From contig JAHFDN010000001.1 in the NCBI GenBank assembly GCA_023248995.1, positions 51,249 to 115,248 on the forward strand: DNA of 64,000 nt. The letters are read 5' to 3'. The DNA comes from Candidatus Rokuibacteriota bacterium (GTDB lineage Bacteria; Methylomirabilota; Methylomirabilia; Rokubacteriales; CSP1-6). Made by a program: the position numbers and the translations under genes. Positions 18,441-28,820 of this stretch are shown in pieces. Under the pieces are notes generated by a model, which was not told where the DNA came from, searched no databases, and saw only the letters and a list, made by a program, of their open reading frames with translations. The number at the start of each line of letters is the position of its first letter. Position 1 is the first letter of the stretch.

Positions 18441-19475
18441 CTAGCGTCCTCCGGGAGCGCTCGCCGCCGGGAGCGGGTCTTCCTCCGACCGGGCCTCCCG
18501 CCGGAGGAGCGACCCGAGCGCGGCCTCCGGGGTCTTTCCGTCGAAGAGGACGGCGGCCACCTCCTCGCAGATCGGCAGCGCCACGCCGGCCCGGCGCGCG
18601 AGCACGATCGCGGAGCGGCTGGTGCGCACGCCCTCGGCGATCATGCGGGTTTCCCGTTGCGCCTCTGCGAGCGTCTTTCCACGCGCGAGCGCCAGGCCGA
18701 GGGCCCGGTTCCGGCTGAGGGAGCCCGTGCAGGTCAGTACGAGGTCGCCGATCCCCGCCAGGCCCGCGAACGTCGCGGGGGATGCGCCGAGGGCGACCCC
18801 CAGGCGCGTGATCTCCGCCAGGCCCCGGGTGATCAGCGCCGCACGCGCGTTTTCGCCGAGGCCCAAGCCGTCCGAGATGCCGGTGGCAATGGCCATGACG
18901 TTCTTCAGCGCGCCGCCGATCTCCACGCCGACGACGTCACGGTTCGTGTAGACCCTGAACTCCCGCGAGGAGAGCTGCGGCTGGAGGGCACGGCCAACCT
19001 CCTGGTCAGACGAGGCCACGACGGCGGCGGTCGGCCGCGACAGGGCGACCTCGCGGGCGAAGGTCGGTCCCGACAGCACGGCCACGGGAGACGCCGGCAG
19101 GTGGGTGCTTACGAGCTCGGACATGCGCCGCGAGCGCTCTGGCTCCAGTCCCTTGGTCGCCGAGAGGGTCGTCGTCCCGGGGGGAACCCAGCGCGCCGCC
19201 AGTTCCATCACGGCGCCAAACACGTGGGCCGGCACCGCCACGACGACGAGCCCGGCGCCGTCCAGCGTCTCGGCGAGGTCGGCCGTCGCGCGGAGCCCTT
19301 TGGGAAGCGGGACCCCGGGAAGGTACCAGGGGTTCTCGCCAGTGGACCGGATCAGCTCCGCCAGGGCCGGTTCGTGCACCCAGAGCCGGGGCGAGTGGCC
19401 GAGCCGACCCAGGTGGACCGTGAGGGCGCTGCCCCAGCTGCCGCCCCCGATCACCGCAACCCGCACGCCGGTCAT
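18441..19475 (-). CDS. gpsA: NAD(P)H-dependent glycerol-3-phosphate dehydrogenase
   Basis: GGGSWG, TKGLE, SGPTFA, GGALKNV, GIGDLVLTC...SRN. Confidence 0.96.
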   Translation of the reverse strand: MTGVRVAVIGGGSWGSALTVHLGRLGHSPRLWVHEPALAELIRSTGENPWYLPGVPLPKGLRATADLAETLDGAGLVVVAVPAHVFGAVMELAARWVPPGTTTLSATKGLEPERSRRMSELVSTHLPASPVAVLSGPTFAREVALSRPTAAVVASSDQEVGRALQPQLSSREFRVYTNRDVVGVEIGGALKNVMAIATGISDGLGLGENARAALITRGLAEITRLGVALGASPATFAGLAGIGDLVLTCTGSLSRNRALGLALARGKTLAEAQRETRMIAEGVRTSRSAIVLARRAGVALPICEEVAAVLFDGKTPEAALGSLLRREARSEEDPLPAASAPGGR

Positions 19476-20071
19476 GAGACGGACACCTGCTCGCCCAGCT
19501 TTCGCTCGGTGCCCGCCAGGAGTCGTGCCACATTATCACGATGCCGCAGCGCGATGATGAGACCGACCGCCAGCGCTGCCAGCGGCCCGCTCGCATGATA
19601 CCGAAGGAGCGCACCGCCGATGGGCAGACACAGGACCGCGGCCAGCGACGCCAGCGAGACGTAGCGGAACGTCAGCGTGATCACGACCCAGACCAGTACC
19701 GCGGGCAGCACAGCCAGCGGCATCACGTTCAGGAAGGCTCCCAACGCGGTGGCCATCCCCTTGCCGCCCCGGAAGCGGAGGAAGACCGGCCAGCAATTGC
19801 CGACGACCGCCAGCAGGGCGCCGGCACTTGCCCACCAGGGCTCCGGCCCGAGGCCGGCCGCGAGCCACACCGCGGCGTAGCCCTTCGCACCGTCCAGGAG
19901 CAACGTGAGCACGGCGGGCCCTTTTCCGAGCGTGCGGAGGACGTTGGTCGCGCCGATGTTTCCGCTGCCGTGCCGGCGGATGTCCACGCCCGAGAACCGG
20001 GCCACGAAGTAGCCGATCGGCAGCGCACCGACGAGGTAGACCAGGATGAGACCGGCGAGCGTCAGGACCAC
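19472..20071 (-). CDS. plsY: Acyl-phosphate glycerol-3-phosphate acyltransferase
   Basis: DIRRHGSGNIGATNVLR, FRGGKGMAT, RHRDNVARL. GTG overlaps the pgsA end. Confidence 0.95.
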   Translation of the reverse strand: MVLTLAGLILVYLVGALPIGYFVARFSGVDIRRHGSGNIGATNVLRTLGKGPAVLTLLLDGAKGYAAVWLAAGLGPEPWWASAGALLAVVGNCWPVFLRFRGGKGMATALGAFLNVMPLAVLPAVLVWVVITLTFRYVSLASLAAVLCLPIGGALLRYHASGPLAALAVGLIIALRHRDNVARLLAGTERKLGEQVSVS

Positions 20072-20637
20072 CGGTCGGCGTCTCGGACGAGGGCGTGGTA
20101 GTCCGCCTTGCGGAAGAATCGGTAGAAGTAGTCGGCTCCGGAGAGCACGGTCAGCGCCAGCGCGACCCACAGCGCCGCGTGGGAGACCCAGTAGAAAGGC
20201 ACGTAGTCGGACGGCACGCCCCTCTCCAGGATCAGGAGCGTGATCGCGACGTACTGGGTGGCCGTCTTGTACTTCGCCAGCGTGGAGGCGGGAACGACCA
20301 CGCCGACCCAGGCGGAGATGCCCCGGAGCGCCGTGACGGCGAACTCGCGCCCGATGATGACCACGACCATCCATGCCGGGACGATTTCGACCTGCACCAG
20401 GGAGATGAGCGCCGCCGCGACCAGCAGCTTGTCGGCGACCGGATCGAGCAGCTTGCCGAGCGTGGTCACCTGATTCGTCCGGCGCGCGATCAGCCCGTCG
20501 AGCCAGTCGGTGAGCGACGCCGCCACGAAGATGACCGCTGCGAGGAGGACGTGGACGCGCGAGGAGGAAATCAGGAACACCATCACGAGGGGGACCAGAA
20601 CGATCCGGACCAGCGTGAGGGAGATGGGGATATTCAC
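20062..20637 (-). CDS. pgsA: CDP-diacylglycerol--glycerol-3-phosphate 3-phosphatidyltransferase
   Basis: TDWLDGLIARRTNQVTTLGKLLDPVADK. Confidence 0.95.
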   Translation of the reverse strand: MNIPISLTLVRIVLVPLVMVFLISSSRVHVLLAAVIFVAASLTDWLDGLIARRTNQVTTLGKLLDPVADKLLVAAALISLVQVEIVPAWMVVVIIGREFAVTALRGISAWVGVVVPASTLAKYKTATQYVAITLLILERGVPSDYVPFYWVSHAALWVALALTVLSGADYFYRFFRKADYHALVRDADRWS

Positions 20638-20701
20638 GGCTTATGCACCCGCCGACCGGGAGAACGCTGGTTTCTGTGTGAGCCGCAGCAAATGCCCTGT
20701 T

Positions 20702-20730
20702 ATTATCGGTTCGCCGGCGCGAAATGTCAA
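20702..20730 (-). promoter_or_regulatory. Sigma70-type promoter of pgsA-plsY-gpsA-galT
   Basis: TTGACA-17 nt-GATAAT. Confidence 0.65.
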
Positions 20731-21461
20731 GGTGCGCCGCCTCCCGCGCGCCGGAGCACGCCGTCCTGGAGGATCGGCACGAGCGGGTAGGCGTCGAGCC
20801 GAAGGCACGCGGCCAGGTCCGCGTGGCGGCCGATGCGAGCCAGGTGGCGTCCCCAGGTCGAGTCGATGGCGAGGTCCTCCAGCCGCTGGCGGTACTCGCG
20901 GGCCACGCCGCGCGAGATGCTCGCCGGGTCGGCCAAGTCGCACGGCGTCCCCGCGGCCACGAGCGCCTCGACGATCAGGCCCGCGCAGACCGAGTCCTCC
21001 AGCGAGGCGTCCGCCCCGTCGCCCGCGCACAGGAGGGTGACGTCTCGTGCCTGGTCTTGGAGCCACCGCGCGACCGCCGTGACGTTGACCAGCGCGCCCA
21101 CCGCCGTCGCCCTCGCCTCCCCCGCGCGCAGCAGCGCAGGCGTCCCGTTGCTCGTGGTCAGGATGATCGTCTTGCCGGCGACCCGGTCGGCGGTGTATTC
21201 CAGCGGCGAGTTGCCGAGGTCGAACCCGGCGATCGGCTCCCCGCCGCGCTCCCCCGCCAGCAGCAGCTCGCCGGAAGGGAACTCGCGGGCGCGCTCGCGG
21301 GCGTCCGCCGGCGTCAAGACCGGCACGATGAGGCGGCAGCCATGCGCGAGAGCCGTCGTGATCGTGGTCGCCGCGCGGAAGACATCTATGACGACGACGG
21401 CCTGGGAGTGGAGGCCCTCCGCGGCGAGCTGGGCCGGGGCGAGAGCCGCGCGCACGCGCAC
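20727..21461 (-). CDS. comB: 2-phosphosulfolactate phosphatase (ComB) family
   Basis: VVIDVFRAATTI, LAGERGG...GFDLGNSP, TTSNGT, LEDSVCAG. Confidence 0.9.
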   Translation of the reverse strand: MRVRAALAPAQLAAEGLHSQAVVVIDVFRAATTITTALAHGCRLIVPVLTPADARERAREFPSGELLLAGERGGEPIAGFDLGNSPLEYTADRVAGKTIILTTSNGTPALLRAGEARATAVGALVNVTAVARWLQDQARDVTLLCAGDGADASLEDSVCAGLIVEALVAAGTPCDLADPASISRGVAREYRQRLEDLAIDSTWGRHLARIGRHADLAACLRLDAYPLVPILQDGVLRRAGGGAP

Positions 21462-21466
21462 GGGGG

Positions 21467-22678
21467 CTAGGTCCGGCGGTCGCGGAGGGCGCGGATCCTC
21501 AGGCGAAGCGCGTTGAGGTTGATGAACCCCTCCGCGTCGCTCTGCCGGTACACGCGGTCGGCTTCGAACGTGGCAAAGTCGGGTCGGTAGAGACTCTGGG
21601 GTGATCTTCGCCCCAGGACGGTGGGGCTTCCCTTGTAGAGTTTGAGCCGCACCGACCCGGTCACATCCTGCTGGGCGTCGTCCATCAGCCGCTGAAGCGC
21701 GATCCGCTCCGGGGAAAACCAATAGCCGTAGTAGATCATCTCCGCGTAGCGTGGCATCAGCGAGTCGCGGAGGTGCAGCAGCTCGCGGTCCAGCGTGAGG
21801 GACTCGATGGCGCGGTGGGCGACGTGCAGGATCGTTCCCCCGGGCGTCTCGTACACGCCGCGCGACTTCATGCCCACGTAGCGGTTCTCCACCAGATCCA
21901 CGCGGCCGATGCCGTGTTCCGCTCCGAGGCGATTCAGGCGCTCGAGCAGGTCCGCCGGGCCGAGTCGCTTGCCGTCCACGGCCACCGGGGTTCCCGTCTC
22001 GAAGTCGATCTCCACCTGGGCGGGAACATCGGGGGCTGCCTCCGGAGAGACGGTGAGCAGGAACATCTTGGGTGGCGGCTCGGCCCAGGGGTCCTCCAGC
22101 ATGCCACCCTCGTAGGACATGTGGAAGAGGTTGCGATCGGTGGAAAACGGGTGCTCGGCGGTGACGGGCACCGGGATCCCGTGCCGCTCGGCGTAGGCGA
22201 TGAGCGCCGACCGCGAGCCCAGCTCCCATTGTCGCCAGGGCGCAATGACCCGCAGGTGGGGCGCCAGGGCCGCGTAGGTGAGCTCGAACCGGACCTGGTC
22301 GTTTCCCTTGCCGGTGGCGCCGTGGGCGACCGCGTCGGCCCCTTCCTGCGCGGCGATCTCCACCTGGCGCTTGGCGATCAGGGGGCGCGCGATGGACGTG
22401 CCCAGGAGATAGCCGCCTTCGTACACGGCGTTGGCCCGGAGCATGGGGAAGACGAAGTCGCGGACGAACTCCTCGCGGAGGTCCTCGACGAAGACGCGGG
22501 AGGCGCCGGTCTTGAGCGCTTTGTCCCGCACGGTGAGGAGCTCCTCGCCCTGTCCCAGGTCCGCGCAGAAGGCGACCACGTCGCAGCCGAAGGTCTCGAT
22601 GAGCCAGCGGAGGATGACGGAGGTGTCCAGGCCACCCGAGTAGGCCAGCACGACCTTCCGCACGGGCTGCTCAGGCAT
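21467..22678 (-). CDS. argG: Argininosuccinate synthase
   Basis: [40 protein letters not shown]. Confidence 0.98.
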   Translation of the reverse strand: MPEQPVRKVVLAYSGGLDTSVILRWLIETFGCDVVAFCADLGQGEELLTVRDKALKTGASRVFVEDLREEFVRDFVFPMLRANAVYEGGYLLGTSIARPLIAKRQVEIAAQEGADAVAHGATGKGNDQVRFELTYAALAPHLRVIAPWRQWELGSRSALIAYAERHGIPVPVTAEHPFSTDRNLFHMSYEGGMLEDPWAEPPPKMFLLTVSPEAAPDVPAQVEIDFETGTPVAVDGKRLGPADLLERLNRLGAEHGIGRVDLVENRYVGMKSRGVYETPGGTILHVAHRAIESLTLDRELLHLRDSLMPRYAEMIYYGYWFSPERIALQRLMDDAQQDVTGSVRLKLYKGSPTVLGRRSPQSLYRPDFATFEADRVYRQSDAEGFINLNALRLRIRALRDRRT

Positions 22679-22973
22679 GGGAGGCTTGCCCCAGCTGGAA
22701 ACCGAGCTCGCGCGACTTCGCGCTCTTCGGCGGGTGCGGGTAGAGCGTGATCCGCTTGATGCTGTAGTAGAGGCAGTAGATCTGCCGGGTCGCCTCCTCG
22801 TCGTAGGCCTGGAGGCAGAGCCAGTTCTCCCGCGTCTGGAGGAAGCTCCGGACGTGGAGGACGCTGCCGTCGTCCAGGAGGAATTCCACCACGGGGCTGG
22901 CCACCTTGTGCTCGCGGGCGAAGGACCGCGCCTGCTCCTGGAAGTGCTGCTCGAAGAAGGCCCGGTCAAACAT
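22671..22973 (-). CDS. Hypothetical 100-aa protein inside the arg operon (possible Sm-like fold)
   Basis: Host-like codon usage; overlaps both the argF stop and the argG start. Confidence 0.75.
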   Translation of the reverse strand: MFDRAFFEQHFQEQARSFAREHKVASPVVEFLLDDGSVLHVRSFLQTRENWLCLQAYDEEATRQIYCLYYSIKRITLYPHPPKSAKSRELGFQLGQASHA

Positions 22974-23883
22974 CGCCGCTTCCGGTGAGGTGCAGGATCA
23001 CCGCCTTCTGGGCGTGCAGCCGGTTTTCCGACTGCTCCAGGACGATGCTCTGCGGCCCGTCGAGGACGGCCTCGGTGATCTCCTCCCCGCGGCGGGCGGG
23101 CAGACAGTGCATCACGAGCGCCCCAGGCTTGGCCAAGCCCACCAGGCGCTCGTTCACCTGATACCGCCGGAACGCCTCGAGCCGTGTCGCCCGCTCGGCT
23201 TCCTGCCCCATGCTGACCCAGACATCCGTGTACAGGACGTCCGCCCCCTCGGCGGCCTCGCGCGGGTCGGTCGTGAGCTTCAGGTGTCCGCCCAGCGCGC
23301 GCACCGCGGCCTGGATCTCGGGGGCCGGGGCGTACCCGGGCGGCGTGGCGACCGCCATCGGAGTGGCGAGGAGCGCGGCCAGGAGCAGCAGCGAGTGGCA
23401 GACGTTGTTCCCGTCCCCGATCCAGGCGAGCCGGGTCCGGCCGAGGTCCACGCCGCGCTCCCAGAGCGTGAAGAAATCGGCGAGGGCCTGGCAGGGGTGC
23501 TCGAGGTCCGAGAGGGCGTTGATCACCGGGACCGTCGCGTGGGCCGCGAGCGTCGCGACGGTGGCGTGAGCGAGGGTGCGTGCTGCGATGAGGTCCACCC
23601 AGCGGCTCAGATTTCGCGCGACGTCCGGGATGGACTCGCGCTCGCCGAGTCCGATCTCCTGAGCCGGGAGGTAGATCGCCGCCCCTCCCAGTTGCGTCAT
23701 GCCGACCTCGAAGGTGACGCGGGTGCGGAGGGACTGCTTTTCGAAGATCAGCGCGATGCTCTTGCCGGCCAGCGGTGCCGTCCGGTCCCCGGACTTCTGG
23801 CGGGCCTTGAGGGTCGCAGTGAGCCGGAAGAGGCTCAGGACGTCCTCCCGGCGCAGATCCCGGATCGACAGGAGGTGGTTCAT
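22966..23883 (-). CDS. argF: Ornithine carbamoyltransferase
   Basis: [29 protein letters not shown]. Confidence 0.96.
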   Translation of the reverse strand: MNHLLSIRDLRREDVLSLFRLTATLKARQKSGDRTAPLAGKSIALIFEKQSLRTRVTFEVGMTQLGGAAIYLPAQEIGLGERESIPDVARNLSRWVDLIAARTLAHATVATLAAHATVPVINALSDLEHPCQALADFFTLWERGVDLGRTRLAWIGDGNNVCHSLLLLAALLATPMAVATPPGYAPAPEIQAAVRALGGHLKLTTDPREAAEGADVLYTDVWVSMGQEAERATRLEAFRRYQVNERLVGLAKPGALVMHCLPARRGEEITEAVLDGPQSIVLEQSENRLHAQKAVILHLTGSGDV

Positions 23884-23887
23884 GAGC

Positions 23888-25084
23888 TCATGCCGCTTGC
23901 GCCGCCAGCGCCGCACCCAGGATGGCCAGCGCCCGATCGCACGTGGCCTCGTCCACGATGAGCGGCGGCGCCAGCCTCAGCACCGTGTCGCCCGCGGTGA
24001 GGATCAGCAAGCCAGCCTCCCGGCACGCCGTCACGACCGGGGCCGCCGGCCGTGCCATCTCGACGCCGAGAAGGAGGCCCTTGCCGCGCACGTCCCGGAT
24101 CACGGGGTGCCGGGCCTTGAGCCCCTGGAGACCGGCGGTGAGATGTCTGCCCACGCGGGCCGCACGCTCGGGGAGCTTCTCCTCGAGCAATGTCTCGAGG
24201 GCCGCGAGCCCCACCGCGGTGACGAACGGCGTTCCCCCGAAGGTGGAGGCGTGGCTGCCGGGCGTGAGCGCCTGCCCGATGGGGTCGCGCGTGATCATGG
24301 CGCCGATGGGGATCCCGTTCGCCAGCGCCTTGGCGAGCGTCATGACGTCCGGCTCGACGCCCGAGTGCTGGTAGGCCCAGAGCTTTCCCGTCCGCCCCAT
24401 GCCCGTCTGGATCTCGTCCAGGATCAAGAGCGCGCCCGCCTCGTCGCAGAGCTTCCGGAGTCCCGGCAGATAGTCGTCGTCCGGAACGATCACGCCGCCC
24501 TCGCCCTGGATCGGCTCGACGAGGACCGCGGCGGTCCGACTGTCCAGGGCGAGCTCCACGGCGCGCAGGTCGTTGTAGGGAACGTGCTTGAAGCCGGGCA
24601 CGAGGGGCTCGAACCCGCGCTGGTACTTCTCCTGGCCCGTGGCGGTCAGCGTGGCCAGCGTGCGCCCGTGGAAGGAATTGCGGGCCGCGATGATCTCGTA
24701 GCGGTCGCTCGCGAGGTGCTCGCGGGCGTACTTGCGGGCCAGCTTGATGGCCGCCTCGTTGGCCTCGGCGCCGGAGTTGCAGAAAAAGACCCGGTCGCCG
24801 AAGGAGTGCTCGCAGAGAAGCTTGGCCAGGCGGGCCTGGGGCGCCGTGTAGAAGAGGTTCGAGGTGTGGATGAGCGTCGCGGCCGCCTCCCGGATGGCCT
24901 CCGTGACCCTGGGATGACAGTGACCGAGCGCGACGACCGCGATGCCGCCGGTGAAGTCCAGGTATTCGCGCCCGTCGGAGTCCCAGACCCGGACCCCCTC
25001 GCCTCGCACCAGGCAGATCGGCGCCCGGGTATAGGTGGGGACGTGGAATCGGTTCGACCACTCGATCAGCGTTTTGGTGTCCAC
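23888..25084 (-). CDS. argD: Acetylornithine aminotransferase
   Basis: NSGAEANEAAIKLARK, FHGRT, EPIQGEGG, DEIQTGMGRTG, LAKAL. Confidence 0.95.
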   Translation of the reverse strand: MDTKTLIEWSNRFHVPTYTRAPICLVRGEGVRVWDSDGREYLDFTGGIAVVALGHCHPRVTEAIREAAATLIHTSNLFYTAPQARLAKLLCEHSFGDRVFFCNSGAEANEAAIKLARKYAREHLASDRYEIIAARNSFHGRTLATLTATGQEKYQRGFEPLVPGFKHVPYNDLRAVELALDSRTAAVLVEPIQGEGGVIVPDDDYLPGLRKLCDEAGALLILDEIQTGMGRTGKLWAYQHSGVEPDVMTLAKALANGIPIGAMITRDPIGQALTPGSHASTFGGTPFVTAVGLAALETLLEEKLPERAARVGRHLTAGLQGLKARHPVIRDVRGKGLLLGVEMARPAAPVVTACREAGLLILTAGDTVLRLAPPLIVDEATCDRALAILGAALAAQAA

Positions 25085-25094
25085 GCGCCCTCCG

Positions 25095-25988
25095 TTACAG
25101 CACGATTTCGGTGCCGATGCCTGCGTTGGTGAAGATCTCCAGCAGGATCGCGTGCGGAATGCGGCCGTCGATGATGTGGCACTTCGCCGTCCCGCCTTCC
25201 AGCGCCTTGAGCGACGACTCCACCTTGGGAAGCATCCCGCCTTCGATCACGCCGCCCTTGATCAGCCGCTCGGCGTCCTTCCGGGTGAGCGTGCAGAGCA
25301 GCGTGCCATCCTCCCCCTGGATCCCCTGCACGTCCGTCAGGTGGATGAGCTTCTCGGCCGTCAGCGCGGCCGCCACGTTGCCGGCCACCAGGTCGGCGTT
25401 GATGTTGTAGGTTTCCCCCGCTGCCCCGACGCCGACGGGCGCGATGACCGGGATGAAGCCGTTCTGCTCCAGGAGGCGAATGACCTGAGGGTTCACCTCC
25501 TCGACCTCGCCGACCAGCCCGATGTCCACCTCCTGGCCGTCCGGCGTCCGATGGGCGAGGCGGCGCGCCCGGATCAGGTTGCCGTCCTTGCCCGACAGGC
25601 CGACGGCCCGGCCGCCGTGATGGTTGATCAGGCCCACGATCTCCTTGTTGATCCTGCCGACGAGGACCATCTCGACGATCTCCATCGTCTCGTCGTCGGT
25701 GACCCGCATACCGCCCACGAAATGAGGCTCCTTGCCCAGACGCTTCATGAGGGCTCCGATCTGCGGTCCCCCGCCGTGGACGATGACGGGGTTGATGCCC
25801 ACGTACCGGAGCAGGATCACGTCCAGGGCGAAGGATTCCTTGAGGCCGGGCTGCTCCAGGGCGGCCCCGCCGTACTTGATGACCAGGGTCTTGCCCTGGA
25901 AGGCCCGGATGTACGGCAAGGCCTCCATGAGGATCTCGGCACGCTGGATCAAGGGGGTCATCTGGGGGCTGTCCATGCGCGCGCTCAC
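25095..25988 (-). CDS. argB: Acetylglutamate kinase
   Basis: [37 protein letters not shown]. Confidence 0.97.
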   Translation of the reverse strand: MSARMDSPQMTPLIQRAEILMEALPYIRAFQGKTLVIKYGGAALEQPGLKESFALDVILLRYVGINPVIVHGGGPQIGALMKRLGKEPHFVGGMRVTDDETMEIVEMVLVGRINKEIVGLINHHGGRAVGLSGKDGNLIRARRLAHRTPDGQEVDIGLVGEVEEVNPQVIRLLEQNGFIPVIAPVGVGAAGETYNINADLVAGNVAAALTAEKLIHLTDVQGIQGEDGTLLCTLTRKDAERLIKGGVIEGGMLPKVESSLKALEGGTAKCHIIDGRIPHAILLEIFTNAGIGTEIVL

Positions 25989-27364
25989 AGGATGTACCGG
26001 GCTAGGTCCTCGTCCTTGACGATGTCCGCGAGCCGGGTGTGGACGTAGCCGCCGTCGATGGTCAGCTCCTTGCCCGGCATGTCCGGGGCGGCGAAGGAGA
26101 TCTCGTCCAGCACTTTTTCCATGATCGTGTAGAGGCGGCGGGCGCCGATGTTTTCCGCCCGCTGGTTGACCAGCGTGGCGATTTCGGCCACGGCCGCTAC
26201 GGCGTCCGGGAGAAAGTGGAGCACCACTTCCTCGGTCTTGAGCAGCTCCACGTACTGGCGGATGAGGGCGTTTTGTGGCTCCGTCAGGATTCGGATAAAG
26301 TCCTCGCGCGTCAACGGGTCCAGCTCGACGCGGATCGGAAATCTCCCCTGGAGCTCCGGGATGAGGTCGGAGGGCTTCGACACGTGGAACGCGCCGGCCG
26401 CGATGAAGAGAATGTGATCGGTCCTGACGGGTCCGTACTTCGTGGTCACCGTGGATCCCTCGACGATGGGCAGGAGGTCCCGCTGCACCCCTTCCCGCGA
26501 TACGTCGGGACCGTGGCCGGCCTCGCGTCCCGCGATCTTGTCGAGCTCGTCGAGGAAGATGATCCCCGAGTCCTCCACGCGGTGGATCGCCTGGGCGATC
26601 ACTTCGTCCATGTCCACGAGCTTCTGGGCTTCCTCCTGGGTCAGGAGCCGTCTGGCCTCCGCCACCCGGACCTTCCGGTGCTTGGTTTTGGTTGGAAGCA
26701 TGTTGGCGAGCATCTCGCGGAGATTGATGCCCATCTCTTCCATCCCCTGCCCGGAGAAGATCTCCACGATCGGAGTCGTCTGCGACTGGACGTCCAGCTC
26801 GATCGGCCGCTCGTCCAGCTTGCCGGCGCGCAGCTGCTGCCGCAGTTTTTCCTTCGTCGCCTGCCGCGAGGCGTCCGGCGAAACTTCCTCCAGGGTCTGG
26901 CTCTGGAACGGCTCCGACTTCCGCCGGGGGAGCAGCAGATCCAGGAGGCGCTCCTCGGCGAGCGCTTCGGCCTTCCCCCGCACTGCCGTGGTCATCTCGG
27001 CCTTGATCATGTTCGCGGCGAGCTCGGTCAGGTCGCGGATCATGGACTCCACATCGCGCCCCACGTAGCCGACTTCCGTGTACTTGGACGCCTCTACCTT
27101 CAGGAACGGCGCCTGGGCGAGCTTGGCCAGGCGCCGGGCGATCTCCGTCTTGCCGACGCCCGTGGGGCCGATCATGATGATGTTCTTCGGGGCCACCTCG
27201 TCGCGGAGCTCGAGCGGCAGGTTCTGCCGCCGCCAGCGATTCCGGAGCGCGATGGCCACCGCGCGCTTGGCTCGCTCCTGCCCGATGATGTAGCGGTCGA
27301 GCTCCACGACGATTTGGGCGGGGGTCAGCGGCGCAACCGCATGCTCGCTTCCTGTGTGCTTCAT
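25985..27364 (-). CDS. hslU: HslUV protease ATPase subunit
   Basis: [35 protein letters not shown]. Confidence 0.98.
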   Translation of the reverse strand: MKHTGSEHAVAPLTPAQIVVELDRYIIGQERAKRAVAIALRNRWRRQNLPLELRDEVAPKNIIMIGPTGVGKTEIARRLAKLAQAPFLKVEASKYTEVGYVGRDVESMIRDLTELAANMIKAEMTTAVRGKAEALAEERLLDLLLPRRKSEPFQSQTLEEVSPDASRQATKEKLRQQLRAGKLDERPIELDVQSQTTPIVEIFSGQGMEEMGINLREMLANMLPTKTKHRKVRVAEARRLLTQEEAQKLVDMDEVIAQAIHRVEDSGIIFLDELDKIAGREAGHGPDVSREGVQRDLLPIVEGSTVTTKYGPVRTDHILFIAAGAFHVSKPSDLIPELQGRFPIRVELDPLTREDFIRILTEPQNALIRQYVELLKTEEVVLHFLPDAVAAVAEIATLVNQRAENIGARRLYTIMEKVLDEISFAAPDMPGKELTIDGGYVHTRLADIVKDEDLARYIL

Positions 27365-27948
27365 AGCTCTTCGACCGTGACCCGGTCGTTGGTGTACACG
27401 CAGATGGCGGCGGCGATCCGCATGGCCTCCTCGACGATCTGCTTGGCGTCGAGATCGGAGTGGGCGATCAGCGCCCGGGCGGCGGCCAGCGCGAACGGGC
27501 CCCCGGAGCCGATGCCGACGACGCCGTCGTCCGGCTCGATGATCTCGCCGCTTCCGGACAGGATGAAGGAGTGCTCCTTGTCCGCCACGGCCAGGAGCGC
27601 CTCCAGACGCCGGAGGATCCGATCGGTGCGCCAGTCCTTGGCGAGCTCCACGGCGGCGCGGGAGAGATTGCCCCGATACTCGTCCAGCTTCGCCTCGAAT
27701 TTCTCGAAGAGCGTGAAAGCGTCGGCGGCGGTTCCCGCGAAGCCGGCGAGGACCCGGTCGTGGTAGAGCTTCCGCACCTTGCGCGCCCCGGCCTTGACGA
27801 TGGTCGGCCCGATGGAGACCTGCCCGTCTCCGGCGAGCGCCACGCGGCCCTGGTGGCGCACGCAGATCACCGTCGTCCCCCTGATCCGCAGAAGGTCCCC
27901 GGCGCGTTCGCTTCCTCCCCGGGCAGGCGCGACGTTTCGACGGGTCAT
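27361..27948 (-). CDS. hslV: HslUV protease peptidase subunit
   Basis: [33 protein letters not shown]. Confidence 0.97.
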   Translation of the reverse strand: MTRRNVAPARGGSERAGDLLRIRGTTVICVRHQGRVALAGDGQVSIGPTIVKAGARKVRKLYHDRVLAGFAGTAADAFTLFEKFEAKLDEYRGNLSRAAVELAKDWRTDRILRRLEALLAVADKEHSFILSGSGEIIEPDDGVVGIGSGGPFALAAARALIAHSDLDAKQIVEEAMRIAAAICVYTNDRVTVEEL

Positions 27949-28820
27949 GGATGCGCCCTCGGATGAGCGGCGTCGTAGACCTTCATCAGATGGTCAGCGC
28001 TGACGTGCGTGTAGCGCTGGGTCGTGGACAGCCGGCTGTGGCCGAGAAGGTCCTGGATCAGGCGGAGGTCCGCGCCGGCGTCGAGCATGTGGGTGGCGAA
28101 TGTGTGCCGCAGCGTGTGGGGACTCACCCGTCGCGTGAGGCCGGCGGCGCGGGCCCGGGCCTTCACGATCCTGTGCACGCTTCTCTCCGTGAGCCGGTGG
28201 CCCCGGAGATTTCGAAAAAGCGGGCCGTCTCCCTCCCCGCGGGCGGCGAGGTAGGCGGCCAGCGCGGCCAGAGCCGCCTCGCCCACGGGGATGATGCGCT
28301 CCTTGCCGCCTTTCCCGCGCACCCGAACGGTACCCTGGAAGGGATCGAGATCCGCCAGGTCCAGGCCGCAGAGCTCGGCCACCCGAGCTCCAGTGGCGTA
28401 GAGCAGCTCGAGGATAGCCCGATCGCGTCTGTCAGCCAGCGACCGGCCTGGCGCCCGGTCGAGCAGCGCTGTGGCCTCGTCCACGGGGAGGAAGGAGGCG
28501 AGCTTCTTCGGCAATCGCGGCGTCGTCACGTCGCGCGCCGGGTTCCGCCCGAGCCGGCCTCGGCGGGCCAGGAAGCCCAGACAGCTCCGGATAGCGGCCA
28601 GCTTGCGTGCGATGGACGGGCGCGCCAGCCCCAGGTCGTAGAGCTCGGCCAGGTATTGCCGGAGCAAACGGGCGTCCACGTGCTCGATCCGCCGGACGCG
28701 GTGCCCCGACAGGAAGCGCCAGAACTGGTCCAGGTCCGTCCGGTAGCCGCGAAGGGTGTGGGGCGAGGCGCCCCGCTCCACCGCCTGATAACGGAGGAAG
28801 TGCTCGATCGGATCCGTCAT
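27945..28820 (-). CDS. xerC: Tyrosine recombinase XerC
   Basis: [54 protein letters not shown]. Canonical topA-xerC-hslVU context. Confidence 0.93.
   Translation of the reverse strand: MTDPIEHFLRYQAVERGASPHTLRGYRTDLDQFWRFLSGHRVRRIEHVDARLLRQYLAELYDLGLARPSIARKLAAIRSCLGFLARRGRLGRNPARDVTTPRLPKKLASFLPVDEATALLDRAPGRSLADRRDRAILELLYATGARVAELCGLDLADLDPFQGTVRVRGKGGKERIIPVGEAALAALAAYLAARGEGDGPLFRNLRGHRLTERSVHRIVKARARAAGLTRRVSPHTLRHTFATHMLDAGADLRLIQDLLGHSRLSTTQRYTHVSADHLMKVYDAAHPRAHP

Noticed and set aside
27945-28820. XerC as the integrase for the attC cassette or gltD hotspot
   Set aside because: It sits in the canonical topA-xerC-hslVU context and lacks the IntI-specific insertion, so it is best read as housekeeping
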